A stretch of 64,000 nt of DNA, taken from the IMG/VR virus record IMGVR_UViG_3300017963_000192, positions 62,001 through 126,000 of that record; one strand, written 5' to 3'. The number at the start of each line of letters is the position of its first letter. Position 1 is the first letter of the stretch. The notes beneath the pieces are model-generated. The model was not told the DNA's origin and ran no database searches. It saw only the letters and a list, made by a program, of their open reading frames with translations. Below are positions 31,125 to 40,171 of the stretch, piece after piece. Both the position numbers and the translations under genes were made by a program.

Positions 31125-31436
31125 CTACTTCCACAAAAGTTTTAATAAGGCAAATGACACGATTATTACTGTTTGTACTACAATAAAAATCGTTACTATT
31201 TGCGTTTTAAACTTTTGAAGTTCTTTATTAGATTTTTCCAATTCTTCAACTCGATGTCTTAACCCGTTTTTGCCGTCAACACCCATAAGGACAACCTCAA
31301 TTGTTTTCATACGATCAAGCATTTCTCCAACTAGTTTGGAATTTTCTTTTTGGTTGTCGTTAAGTTCCTGGAGTTCTTTTAACACTAAATCTCTGTAAGC
31401 TTTTTCGACATCTGATTTACTATATTCGTTTGACAT
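31125..31436 (-). CDS. Coiled-coil protein with a C-terminal TM helix
   Basis: GVDGKNGL coiled coil followed by the hydrophobic IVTIFIVVQTVIIVSFALL. Confidence 0.55.
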   Translation of the reverse strand: MSNEYSKSDVEKAYRDLVLKELQELNDNQKENSKLVGEMLDRMKTIEVVLMGVDGKNGLRHRVEELEKSNKELQKFKTQIVTIFIVVQTVIIVSFALLKLLWK

Positions 31437-31439
31437 TTT

Positions 31440-32279
31440 CTATTTCCTTTTCTTCCTTCTGTCTGTTCTTTTTGAATAATTTTTTGCACATGAAACATCT
31501 TTAATAAGAATTATAGCTATAAATTTTTGCTTATCGATTGTACATCCCCTTGTTCTTATCTCTAATAATTTGCAAATATTATCCTTGTTGCAGAACTCGA
31601 CATCAAAAGATCTTCTTTCTCCTTTATCTATTGCGGATATAATGCTTTTACAGCCTTCTTCCGTTACACCAATATCATTAAGATGTACTCCAACCATATC
31701 ATTGATATTCTCACATTCTGCTATATTACAAAAACTGGGATTAACATCTTCTATAATCAAATCTTGAGAACAAATTGCAATGCCTTCAGTAGTTAATTCA
31801 ACCAAACGTTTATACCGATTTTGACTAATTCTTAATTGTTCAACTGTCTCTTTTTTAGAAGTAACATTACGTTGCATACCTCTAAATCCTATTATTCTGT
31901 TGTCATTAGAGTTTTTTAAAACATCAACAGATGTTTCGACCCATATTTTAATTCCATCTTTTCTTATAACTTGCCAATCAGTAATTTCATTTTTTTCTTC
32001 AGTTTCATAAACTTTACTAAATTCTTTATAAATTTTTTCTGCTGTTTTTTCGTCTGTATATTCTTTATAATTCATTCCAAAAAGTTCGTGTCTTGAATAT
32101 CCATACATTTCACAAAGAGCACGATTAAAAAAAGTTAAATTACCTTCTAAATCAACTTCATAGTATCCCTCATCAATACTCTCTAAAATGTTTTCATATT
32201 TATCTTTTGACTCTTCCAACCTTCTTTCTAATTTATTAAGTTGTGTTGTTATTTGTTCTATTTCATTTAAGTATGTCAT
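31440..32279 (-). CDS. PAS-PAS sensor protein without an output domain
   Basis: YENILESIDEGYYEVDLEGNLTFFN...RKDG.KIWVE...RNVT.KK; second PAS from YKRLVELTTEGI. Confidence 0.88.
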   Translation of the reverse strand: MTYLNEIEQITTQLNKLERRLEESKDKYENILESIDEGYYEVDLEGNLTFFNRALCEMYGYSRHELFGMNYKEYTDEKTAEKIYKEFSKVYETEEKNEITDWQVIRKDGIKIWVETSVDVLKNSNDNRIIGFRGMQRNVTSKKETVEQLRISQNRYKRLVELTTEGIAICSQDLIIEDVNPSFCNIAECENINDMVGVHLNDIGVTEEGCKSIISAIDKGERRSFDVEFCNKDNICKLLEIRTRGCTIDKQKFIAIILIKDVSCAKNYSKRTDRRKKRK

Positions 32280-32293
32280 TTTATATATCCTAT

Positions 32294-32587
32294 CTACATT
32301 AATTTAAAAAACTTATCAAATGAACTGATTTTTAATAAATCAAACAAACCTTTATTTATATTTATCAAAGACACTTCTTTATCAAAAGATTTTTGTTTTT
32401 TTACCAATGCTACTAAAACACCTAATCCAGAAGAGTCCATACATTTAACATTTATCATATCCACAATTATATCTCTATCATTAGGAATTTCTGTTAATAA
32501 TTCTTTTTTGATTTTCACAATATTTTCTATACATAACGCATCTTCTACCACTATTATATATTTATCGTTTTCTATTTTTATTTCCAT
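32294..32587 (-). CDS. STAS anti-sigma factor antagonist (start trimmed to ATG 32587)
   Basis: IIVDMINVKCMDSSGLGVLV, SpoIIAA/RsbV-type motif. Confidence 0.88.
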   Translation of the reverse strand: MEIKIENDKYIIVVEDALCIENIVKIKKELLTEIPNDRDIIVDMINVKCMDSSGLGVLVALVKKQKSFDKEVSLININKGLFDLLKISSFDKFFKLM

Positions 32588-32795
32588 TTTTTGATTTCCT
32601 TTTTTCTTCTGTTGAAGAAAGTTCTTCTTGATAAGCAAAAGAATTTATAAGTTGTTCGTTTGTTAGCTTACCTTGTTTTATTAATATAAAACCCAACAAA
32701 CCTCCTTCGTGTCTTTGAATGTTAAGAGCTGTACTAACATCCTCCCTTGATACATATCTAAGTTTTATTAAAATTTCCCCAACTTTTTTATTCAT
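32562..32795 (-). CDS. Stand-alone MshEN-like c-di-GMP-binding protein (start trimmed to ATG 32795)
   Basis: KVGEILIKLRYVSREDVSTALNIQ...LLGFILIKQGKLTNEQL matches the tandem RLGxxL motif; AAGGA RBS. Confidence 0.75.
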   Translation of the reverse strand: MNKKVGEILIKLRYVSREDVSTALNIQRHEGGLLGFILIKQGKLTNEQLINSFAYQEELSSTEEKRKSKNGNKNRKR

Positions 32796-32805
32796 TATTT
32801 TTTCC

Positions 32806-33393
32806 TTACTTACCATTATTATCAAAATCATTCAGATAATTAATCGCATCTTCATATTCATCATACACTTTAAATAGGTTATACACGCTTAATCTTTTTG
32901 CAATTTCATATGATCTCCCTCTAAAACCATAAAAGGCGAGAGATCTATTACATTTTTTAAAATGTTCTGAAAGATGTATAAATACACCTACTCCAGATGA
33001 ATCGAATAAACTTAATTTGGAGCAATCTAGTATTGCATGTAAAGTTGTTTCGTATTTATTACAAATTATTTTATATGTTTCGAGAATGTTTTTTAAAGTA
33101 TTAGGGGTATTGTATATTGTAAGTTCTTTGAAATTTAATTTAATATTTAGAATGTTGTTTATTTTATCAAAAGAAATTGAATTGTCTAAAGAAACATCTC
33201 TTTTTTCTTTTTTATAAGGTTCACTTAATCTTTCAAGCCAATCACATGGTTTGTTAGAATTATTAATGCTATCAATCCCATCATTAGTGAAAGCATTAAA
33301 AAAATTAGGGTGTCTTTCCCAATCATATTTATGTTCGGAAACCAGGTTGTTATTCTCAAATTTATTTTCGAGTAAAGTTTTTTCATACTTCAT
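32806..33393 (-). CDS. STAS domain protein with an N-terminal extension
   Basis: AILDCSKLSLFDSSGVGVFI. Confidence 0.8.
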   Translation of the reverse strand: MKYEKTLLENKFENNNLVSEHKYDWERHPNFFNAFTNDGIDSINNSNKPCDWLERLSEPYKKEKRDVSLDNSISFDKINNILNIKLNFKELTIYNTPNTLKNILETYKIICNKYETTLHAILDCSKLSLFDSSGVGVFIHLSEHFKKCNRSLAFYGFRGRSYEIAKRLSVYNLFKVYDEYEDAINYLNDFDNNGK

Positions 33394-33397
33394 TACT

Positions 33398-33949
33398 TTA
33401 ATCTCCCGAATTTATCTCAATTATATTTAATCTTTCACAATCAAAAAAATTAAAAGGAGCCACTTCTGCTGAAACTATGTCGGGAAACAGATAAACACCT
33501 CCGTCTATATAACTATTAACAACAAGTTCTGTACAAACAACCGCTTTTTTATCGGCATCTCCAACTCTTTTTAATTTAAATAGATATTTTATTAATAATA
33601 ATAACAACTGTTTATATGAATAATGTTCTCCTTCTCTTTTTACAGCAGATTCAAGTATTTTTCTATGTATTTCATCATTCATCCCTTTGTATCGTGCTAT
33701 ATATAAAAGTACATCCTCTTTTTTGTATTCTTGTAGTTGTTTAATCACAACTCCAATGAAAGTTGCTTCTATCGTAATCCCGTTTCCTAAATATATTAAT
33801 GCATGCGAGGCTTTGTATTTTGATTTAATTTTTTTAAAAAAGGTTTCTTGGAAATATACAATAAATCTGCTTATTATGTTTTTCTTTTTGTATATTAATA
33901 ATATATCGCTATCTTTCAATAATTCTTTATATTGTAAATACTCGCTCAT
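33398..33949 (-). CDS. Permuted papain-like NlpC/P60 (YiiX/YebB-like) enzyme
   Basis: ASHALIY (His) before VVCTELV (Cys), with a YSY motif: the permuted order. Confidence 0.75.
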   Translation of the reverse strand: MSEYLQYKELLKDSDILLIYKKKNIISRFIVYFQETFFKKIKSKYKASHALIYLGNGITIEATFIGVVIKQLQEYKKEDVLLYIARYKGMNDEIHRKILESAVKREGEHYSYKQLLLLLIKYLFKLKRVGDADKKAVVCTELVVNSYIDGGVYLFPDIVSAEVAPFNFFDCERLNIIEINSGD

Positions 33950-34030
33950 TATAATTCTCCTGAATGATTTCGTACATCATTTTTAGTACGTCATAAATAC
34001 GCAGTCTTACTTTTAATCCTTTCTTAAACA

Positions 34031-34774
34031 TCATTTAAATGTTCTCACATAAAATTCTAATTCAGCATTTATATCTTTATCATGCAATACTCTTAATCTA
34101 ACTTGATTTGCATATGGATTTTCAGAATAATATTTAACATATTTAGGAGGAGCTTCAATTTCATAATGCTGATTTTGATACCATAATCGTTTGTGTTTTA
34201 CAAATGTCCAATTTCCTCCGTATGCCGGTGGAATGTTTGGAGCCATTATAACATATACTTCTATTGGAAATTCTCCTGCTGATGAACTTATAAGTTGTAT
34301 CCCACCTCCATCTAAGTAATAGCTAAAACTTGGCGTTATAGTAATTTCTGTTACTCCTGTACTTGTTCCCAAGTGTGTTGTTCCTGTTGATGTAGTAATA
34401 GTAACATTCTCTCCCGTATCTTCTCCATAATCAAGACTGTCGGTATCTCCAGTAGTGAAATATATAAAAGTCATTGCGAGAGTGCCTTCAACTGGTCTTG
34501 GTTTTGTTTTAGGAATGCCAGTCTCAGGTTCAATGGGAGCTATTGTTTGATTAGAAGTATCTTTATAGTTTGTTTCAAAATCGATTAAACCAGTAGAGGT
34601 ATCAATACTGTTAAGATGGCATTCATATCTAAGGTTTCCGTCTGTTACAAATATTTCATAGTACTTGTCAGAGTTTTCGGTTTCCTGCCTAAAATTGTAC
34701 TGTACTTTGTTCAGTATTGATTTTGTAGTACAAATAGCAATGAATTCATCATATTCCATTAATTCTTTATACAT
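34031..34774 (-). CDS. Hypothetical virion protein
   Basis: Thr-rich, D(F/Y)ExNY motif shared with neighbours, coupled stops/starts. Confidence 0.55.
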   Translation of the reverse strand: MYKELMEYDEFIAICTTKSILNKVQYNFRQETENSDKYYEIFVTDGNLRYECHLNSIDTSTGLIDFETNYKDTSNQTIAPIEPETGIPKTKPRPVEGTLAMTFIYFTTGDTDSLDYGEDTGENVTITTSTGTTHLGTSTGVTEITITPSFSYYLDGGGIQLISSSAGEFPIEVYVIMAPNIPPAYGGNWTFVKHKRLWYQNQHYEIEAPPKYVKYYSENPYANQVRLRVLHDKDINAELEFYVRTFK

Positions 34775-35424
34775 TATTTCTTCTCCACATAACTAAGAAC
34801 ATACCCTTTAGCAGTTAAATCACCAGTACCATTTCTTCTCTGTTGAAGAATTCTAATTCTACTACCTTTTTGATAATTTAAATCTAGATAAAGTGTTGAT
34901 ATGTTGTTGACATAGCTAAAATCTATATCTTTCATTGTGATACCGTCATCATCTACAATAACTTTCTTTAGGGAATTTAAAGGAGCTTGAAGAGCAACTT
35001 CATCATCAATTTTTACTCTTATTTTCTCAAGATTATCACATTTATACACAAACTCAGAGAACCATTTTTTCTCCGACCCAAAATCTATGTCATAAAATTC
35101 TGTCCAACCATCATCAGTACATTCGTGTGTAACATCTCCACTAGTAGAATCATATTCCCTTCTAAATCTATCTGATCTAAAAACATTATCTTTTATTTGG
35201 TTGTTGGCATTGGATGTATAATTAGCTTCATAGTCAATTACACTTGAAGCATGGCGCACTTCGTCTATGTAACATATATATAATAGATGTTCTCCATCTG
35301 GAGCAAACAAGGTATAATATTTAGCTCCTCCAGTAGATGTTATTATATGCTGATATTGAAGATTCTTTGTTTCAGAATCTAATACATGAGACTTATATTC
35401 AGTATATGTTAATTTAAGTTCCAT
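34774..35424 (-). CDS. Hypothetical virion protein
   Basis: N-terminus paralogous to 34031-34774 (DYEANY). Confidence 0.55.
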   Translation of the reverse strand: MELKLTYTEYKSHVLDSETKNLQYQHIITSTGGAKYYTLFAPDGEHLLYICYIDEVRHASSVIDYEANYTSNANNQIKDNVFRSDRFRREYDSTSGDVTHECTDDGWTEFYDIDFGSEKKWFSEFVYKCDNLEKIRVKIDDEVALQAPLNSLKKVIVDDDGITMKDIDFSYVNNISTLYLDLNYQKGSRIRILQQRRNGTGDLTAKGYVLSYVEKK

Positions 35425-37988
35425 CAGTAAACTTCCCTAAATGATAATGATGCGTGCATCGTTGATGATGTTCCTAACGACTTTCCTACTAAAACCAGGA
35501 TATCTCTATCTCCAGAATAATTAGACACAAGTTTTAAAAGCATTTCTGGTACTTCGCTTGCTAACTGATTTCTATCAGCACCTTGACTAGATACAAACAT
35601 ATCTTCTATTTCTTCTCCACCGCTATACGCAGATGCTGTTATATCATATTCAGCAATTGAATTTGTACCAGCAGATACCCAGGATGCTCCAGTAAGTGTC
35701 GCTCCATGAATAAGTTTAACATGAACCAATGTATTTGATTCATTGTATGTTTTAAAGGTTAATGGTAATATTTGTGCTCGTTTATACGTTTCTTTCAATC
35801 GTAAAGCGATAATAGGTACATACGTTGCTCCAACAACACGGTCAGCGGCACCTGTCGTAACACTCCTTGTAACACCTTTGGGGTTATACCCTCCCTCACT
35901 CTCAATTTCAACACATACGTTATCCATATATGTATTACTTGCTGTAGAAGATGTATTTTCTATTTCATATCGTAGTGGTAGATTAGCTGTCTGCATATAA
36001 ACTTTATCTATAATATTAGCATGTAGAAATTGGTGGATATAGTAGAATTCTCCATCTATACTAAATCCCATACGAACACGTCCCATACCTAACCACTGAA
36101 TGTCCAATATAAATATTTGACCTTTAGATACATCTACTGTAATAGCACTTTTACCAGTACCATCTAAAGTATCTATATTCCAGTCATCTTGTTGTACTTT
36201 ATTTTCTACAACAGAGCCAGTAGTATAGCTCCTTTCTACTACATACAAACCGCCAGTAGATGTTTGTTCAAAAAATACACCATTATAATCATCAAAGTAT
36301 CCAATTCTTTTTACAACACCAGCTTTTTCAGACCCCATTATTCCTGTCATGGCAATTCTGAGAGAATTATGTTCATAAAATGATGTTAAATACGTATTAC
36401 CATCAGGTACACCTATAGCAACAGTCCATTGATATCCAATAATTTCTATAGACTCAACGATATCCCATCTTAAACTATCTTGTATATTTTTAAATAAATA
36501 TTTGAATTTAGTACTTTCTTTTCTATTTTTAATTTTATTATAGACTTTTTCTACATCTTCTTCTTTTCCGTAAATTCCAATCTCTTTATAGAATAATTCT
36601 ATATCTTTTTTTGAATGTAATGATAGTATATAAGCTCTGCTACATTCTTTACCATTACATTTAGGAATTTTTGAATGTATGTTTCCATGTATTCCAAACT
36701 TTAGTAAAAGTTCCTTTATATCTTTCACGAGTTGTTCTGAAATAGAACAATACCCAATCTCATCTTTAAACGCCCATCCATCAGTAGAATACAATCGAGA
36801 AAGAAACGTAGTTATAATTTCTTTTGGAGATTCAAATATATCATTTGGAATAAATTTATATGCGGAAGATTTCCCCAATAATTCAACTTTTCGTAAAAGT
36901 TTAGTAATTCCATTTTTTCCCTTTCTACTTCCATTTTTATAAACTACATGATAAGAATTACTATCGCCTTTCTTCTTTTTCAACACACAATCATATTGTC
37001 CTACTAAAGACTCAAATTCGTCTAATTGGCTTCCTTTGTTTTGACTAAATGTTACATGATGTGCAGATATTCCACCATCTCCTATAAGATAAGCTAAAAT
37101 TTTAGCATCTGATTCTGTTAAATTATTATTAGTTCCAAAAATTGGTAATGTATCAGCTATAGCAACAAAATCTCCTATTTTAATATTTTCAAGATTAGTC
37201 CATTCCTTAATATTGAAGTGTGGTTTATTTCCTTTTTTCCAAAAAGTTTTATAATATTTTTTTCCTACCCACAGTGGATGTTGAGCATTACCACATAATT
37301 CATTTCCAGATTTAGTTTTTATTTTATATATAGGTTCATAAGCATTCCATTCTGCTATAGCATCTACTTCTATTCTTTTTCCATCTCTAACAGTTAAAAG
37401 TTTAAACTCTGTATCAACTAAATCTTTAGCTTGTATTCTTCTACCATCAGCCAATGGTATATAATCAGAAGCTAATCTGCATTTACCTGGCTGATAATTA
37501 AAATACTCTTTAGTTTGTCGGATTACTTTATCACCATTTGCAGTTGTACATTCCAATCTTGTAGAAGCCTCGTTACTTCGATAAGTAGCTGTTCCTCCAC
37601 CAGTAAGTACGTTATTCCAAAATAATGGTTGGTCATTAAAAATTTGTGTTGAATCAAATAATGAATGAGGATTGCCAGTTCTTAATCGTGAGAAAGCATC
37701 AAGGTTAAAACTATCTGAAAACGTGGTTGTAACAGATATAGCACTATCCACACCCCTAGATGCTCCATCAGCATAATTATTTATATAGTCATCATAATCA
37801 GCAGTGCCATATTTTATTATTGTATAATAAGTAAATTCGTTAGATTGCCTTACACGAACAGTAAGATCGCTAACATCACTTTTAAGAGCGTGGTCGTATC
37901 CAAATTTAGGATTTGCATCTATTATAGCTTTTAAATCTAACCATTTTGGTATTTCTATCGATTGTACTATACTTCCTGACGCTGCCAT
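35424..37988 (-). CDS. Probable virion protein (lectin-like beta fold) interrupted by an intein (about 482 aa after splicing)
   Basis: Splicing gives FNYQPGK|SLRIAMTG; DAFSRLR, QWLGMGRVRMG, NLPLRYEI motifs seen in phage virion proteins. Confidence 0.65.
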   Translation of the reverse strand: MAASGSIVQSIEIPKWLDLKAIIDANPKFGYDHALKSDVSDLTVRVRQSNEFTYYTIIKYGTADYDDYINNYADGASRGVDSAISVTTTFSDSFNLDAFSRLRTGNPHSLFDSTQIFNDQPLFWNNVLTGGGTATYRSNEASTRLECTTANGDKVIRQTKEYFNYQPGKCRLASDYIPLADGRRIQAKDLVDTEFKLLTVRDGKRIEVDAIAEWNAYEPIYKIKTKSGNELCGNAQHPLWVGKKYYKTFWKKGNKPHFNIKEWTNLENIKIGDFVAIADTLPIFGTNNNLTESDAKILAYLIGDGGISAHHVTFSQNKGSQLDEFESLVGQYDCVLKKKKGDSNSYHVVYKNGSRKGKNGITKLLRKVELLGKSSAYKFIPNDIFESPKEIITTFLSRLYSTDGWAFKDEIGYCSISEQLVKDIKELLLKFGIHGNIHSKIPKCNGKECSRAYILSLHSKKDIELFYKEIGIYGKEEDVEKVYNKIKNRKESTKFKYLFKNIQDSLRWDIVESIEIIGYQWTVAIGVPDGNTYLTSFYEHNSLRIAMTGIMGSEKAGVVKRIGYFDDYNGVFFEQTSTGGLYVVERSYTTGSVVENKVQQDDWNIDTLDGTGKSAITVDVSKGQIFILDIQWLGMGRVRMGFSIDGEFYYIHQFLHANIIDKVYMQTANLPLRYEIENTSSTASNTYMDNVCVEIESEGGYNPKGVTRSVTTGAADRVVGATYVPIIALRLKETYKRAQILPLTFKTYNESNTLVHVKLIHGATLTGASWVSAGTNSIAEYDITASAYSGGEEIEDMFVSSQGADRNQLASEVPEMLLKLVSNYSGDRDILVLVGKSLGTSSTMHASLSFREVY
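36366..37481 (-). mobile_element. Intein (372 aa) with LAGLIDADG homing endonuclease
   Basis: Starts CRLASDYIPLADG, block B NAQHPL, ILAYLIGDGG and FLSRLYSTDG, ends YEHN with Ser at +1. Confidence 0.9.
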
Positions 37989-37989
37989 A

Positions 37990-38601
37990 TTATCCCTCTG
38001 ACCTTACAACCATACCTCTTTCAAGAGTTAGGTTTGTTTGATTGGCTTGTGCTTCTATTTTAAAATAATCTGTAAATTCCATACCACCTGGAAATGTTAG
38101 AACAAGTACCTTGCCCTGACTTTCTGTATGAATAAAATCAAGGTCAGCTACTCCTGGAATACTTGTATCAAGTTCATAGTCTCTGTAAAGTTCATCTAAA
38201 TAAAAACCATCCATTATTAAATTATCATCAACAGTTACTTTTATGTTTATATTATTATTATCAAAAACACATCTTGCCCAGATGATTTTTTGTGGTCTAG
38301 TAGATGTTGATATATTATAAATAGTATCATAAGAACCATTAGTGAGATTTTGATCTTTCGTCATCTCCTCGTATCTGAGATTCTCACCTGTGAGTTTAAC
38401 TTGAACAATACCGCTTTTAATATTACAATCTAATGAGCGAACACCTTCTCCATATTCTTCTGATTCATCTTTTGTGGTTACACCAAGTCCCTCAGAACCG
38501 ACTATACGAATAGCAAGTGATCCAGAAGATGTATCTACAAGAAGAACATCTCCTGTTGATGAGTTTATTAGTATGGCTTCTACTTCTACTACTGGTGTCA
38601 T
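37990..38601 (-). CDS. Hypothetical virion protein
   Basis: 203-aa beta-rich ORF in the operon. Confidence 0.55.
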   Translation of the reverse strand: MTPVVEVEAILINSSTGDVLLVDTSSGSLAIRIVGSEGLGVTTKDESEEYGEGVRSLDCNIKSGIVQVKLTGENLRYEEMTKDQNLTNGSYDTIYNISTSTRPQKIIWARCVFDNNNINIKVTVDDNLIMDGFYLDELYRDYELDTSIPGVADLDFIHTESQGKVLVLTFPGGMEFTDYFKIEAQANQTNLTLERGMVVRSEG

Positions 38602-38605
38602 AAAT

Positions 38606-39256
38606 TTAAATTAGTATGATTGAATACACTATCAAAAATTGTCCGATAGCATATGTACTCCATACCACAACTCCCTCATATTTAATTGTTTTTATATATT
38701 TATCTATTATTATAATTAAGTCAGAAATCCAAAATAATAATGCACCTATTCCAATAAATAATCCTGTTGCTTTCATAGAACCATAATATATATCTATAGC
38801 TAAAGATGTCATAATACTAATAGTAACCATATATACTGCTATGCCTATTTTCTCTTGTAGAGTTAATAACTTTGGATATATTTTTTGATATATTAATACT
38901 AAAATTCCAAGTAAAATAATAAGTACAAATATGACTTTAAAATTCCATTGTAAAAGAAGTATGAAAGCTATTACGTAGCATATATGTGTTATTATAAAGA
39001 AAACTCCACCCTCCAATAGAGACTTAGATAGTAAGAACATATCTCCTATTAAAGAAAAAAGAAGTCCCAACATTATGCAAAACATAAAAACAGTTGGATG
39101 TGTTATCATATGTAATATAGCAATAACAAGAAGTACTCCTACAACAAAAGGAGTAATCATATTCTCAAGTATTGGAACTGGTTTTATCTTAGTAAATATT
39201 TTAATGCCAAAAGAACTAAAAAATAAAATCAATAATATTATTAATGTTGCAGTCAT
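38606..39256 (-). CDS. YhhN/TMEM86 family (lysoplasmalogenase-like) membrane protein
   Basis: Multi-TM; GLLFSLIGDMFLL, FFIITHICY, GALLFWISD, TYAIGQ family motifs. Confidence 0.82.
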   Translation of the reverse strand: MTATLIILLILFFSSFGIKIFTKIKPVPILENMITPFVVGVLLVIAILHMITHPTVFMFCIMLGLLFSLIGDMFLLSKSLLEGGVFFIITHICYVIAFILLLQWNFKVIFVLIILLGILVLIYQKIYPKLLTLQEKIGIAVYMVTISIMTSLAIDIYYGSMKATGLFIGIGALLFWISDLIIIIDKYIKTIKYEGVVVWSTYAIGQFLIVYSIILI

Positions 39257-39270
39257 TCACATTCCTTATT

Positions 39271-39567
39271 CTATAAAGCTTTTTGCCAATATTTCCATCG
39301 TTTGTCTTTAACAATTCTATCTGTATCGCATTCCCAAACTCTTTTTACAACTTTACAGTCATATCGTCTCATAGCTTCTCGTCTCTTAAAATAAGAATCT
39401 TCGCCTTTGTATTTTACAAAAGTTCCATCTTCACAAACATAACAAGCTGTATAACCTTTGTTACGTCCATTAACCTCGTCAGAAAAAACCAAAGTGTATA
39501 CAAGCATAAACAAAATACCTAGAACAAATATAAGTATCATTGTCCTAAATATATTACTTTCAAACAT
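39271..39567 (-). CDS. Hypothetical protein with an N-terminal TM/signal
   Basis: Hydrophobic N-terminus, Cys-containing tail. Confidence 0.5.
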   Translation of the reverse strand: MFESNIFRTMILIFVLGILFMLVYTLVFSDEVNGRNKGYTACYVCEDGTFVKYKGEDSYFKRREAMRRYDCKVVKRVWECDTDRIVKDKRWKYWQKAL

Positions 39568-39935
39568 TATCTATTACTCCTTTTTATTCTATAAAGAGAT
39601 CTTTGTAGTTCCTTAATATCTTGTCTAAATTCTTGTTCTCTCTTTTCTGAATTTCTAAATTTCTCTTTAAATAAAATTTCAATTTTTTCAATCTCTTTAT
39701 AAAGAGAAGTTTTAATTTTAAAAATTTCATCATTGATATGTTTTTGCATATCTTTAACAGTACCCAGAGATTTTATTGAAACAATATCTTTTTTAAGTTG
39801 TTCAACATCCTTAAAGGACTGCTCCATCTTATAAGTCATCCTCACACCATAAGCAAAACCACCAGCAACAACAATAATAAGTGATATTATACTAAATATA
39901 TTAGCTTTCCACCAAGGTTCTTTTTTTGTTGTCAT
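39567..39935 (-). CDS. Membrane-anchored coiled-coil protein (possible lysis accessory)
   Basis: N-terminal TM followed by a coiled coil. Confidence 0.5.
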   Translation of the reverse strand: MTTKKEPWWKANIFSIISLIIVVAGGFAYGVRMTYKMEQSFKDVEQLKKDIVSIKSLGTVKDMQKHINDEIFKIKTSLYKEIEKIEILFKEKFRNSEKREQEFRQDIKELQRSLYRIKRSNR

Positions 39936-40148
39936 TTATCTTCCTCGTTTACTGTTATTTCGACCTATTCCCAATCCTGGACCTTTTCCTTGTCCTCTAC
40001 CATCGAATGGTCTATTAGGTATTTTTGGTCCTTTATCAAAATAGCCCATATCCTTAAATGTTTTCATATCTTCTTTGGAACAACCACCAAGTCCTCCACC
40101 AGTCATTGGTCCTTTTCCTCTCGGTCCTGTTTTATCTCTATTTGGCAT
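39936..40148 (-). CDS. DUF5320-like Gly-rich small protein
   Basis: MPNRDKTGPRGKGPMTGGGLGGC signature; GGAGG RBS. Confidence 0.7.
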   Translation of the reverse strand: MPNRDKTGPRGKGPMTGGGLGGCSKEDMKTFKDMGYFDKGPKIPNRPFDGRGQGKGPGLGIGRNNSKRGR

Positions 40149-40171
40149 TTTAATACCTCCTATATTATTAT

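Noticed and set aside
32588-32638. Listed upstream starts for ORFs ending at 32294, 32562, 27681, 40172 and 49045
   Set aside because: Downstream starts have better RBS and domain boundaries and avoid long overlaps
33927-34031. Possible 34-aa ORF (MFKKGLKVRLRIYDVLKMMYEIIQENYNERVFTI) coupled to the upstream stop
   Set aside because: Too short, overlaps the next gene and has no motif; cannot be supported
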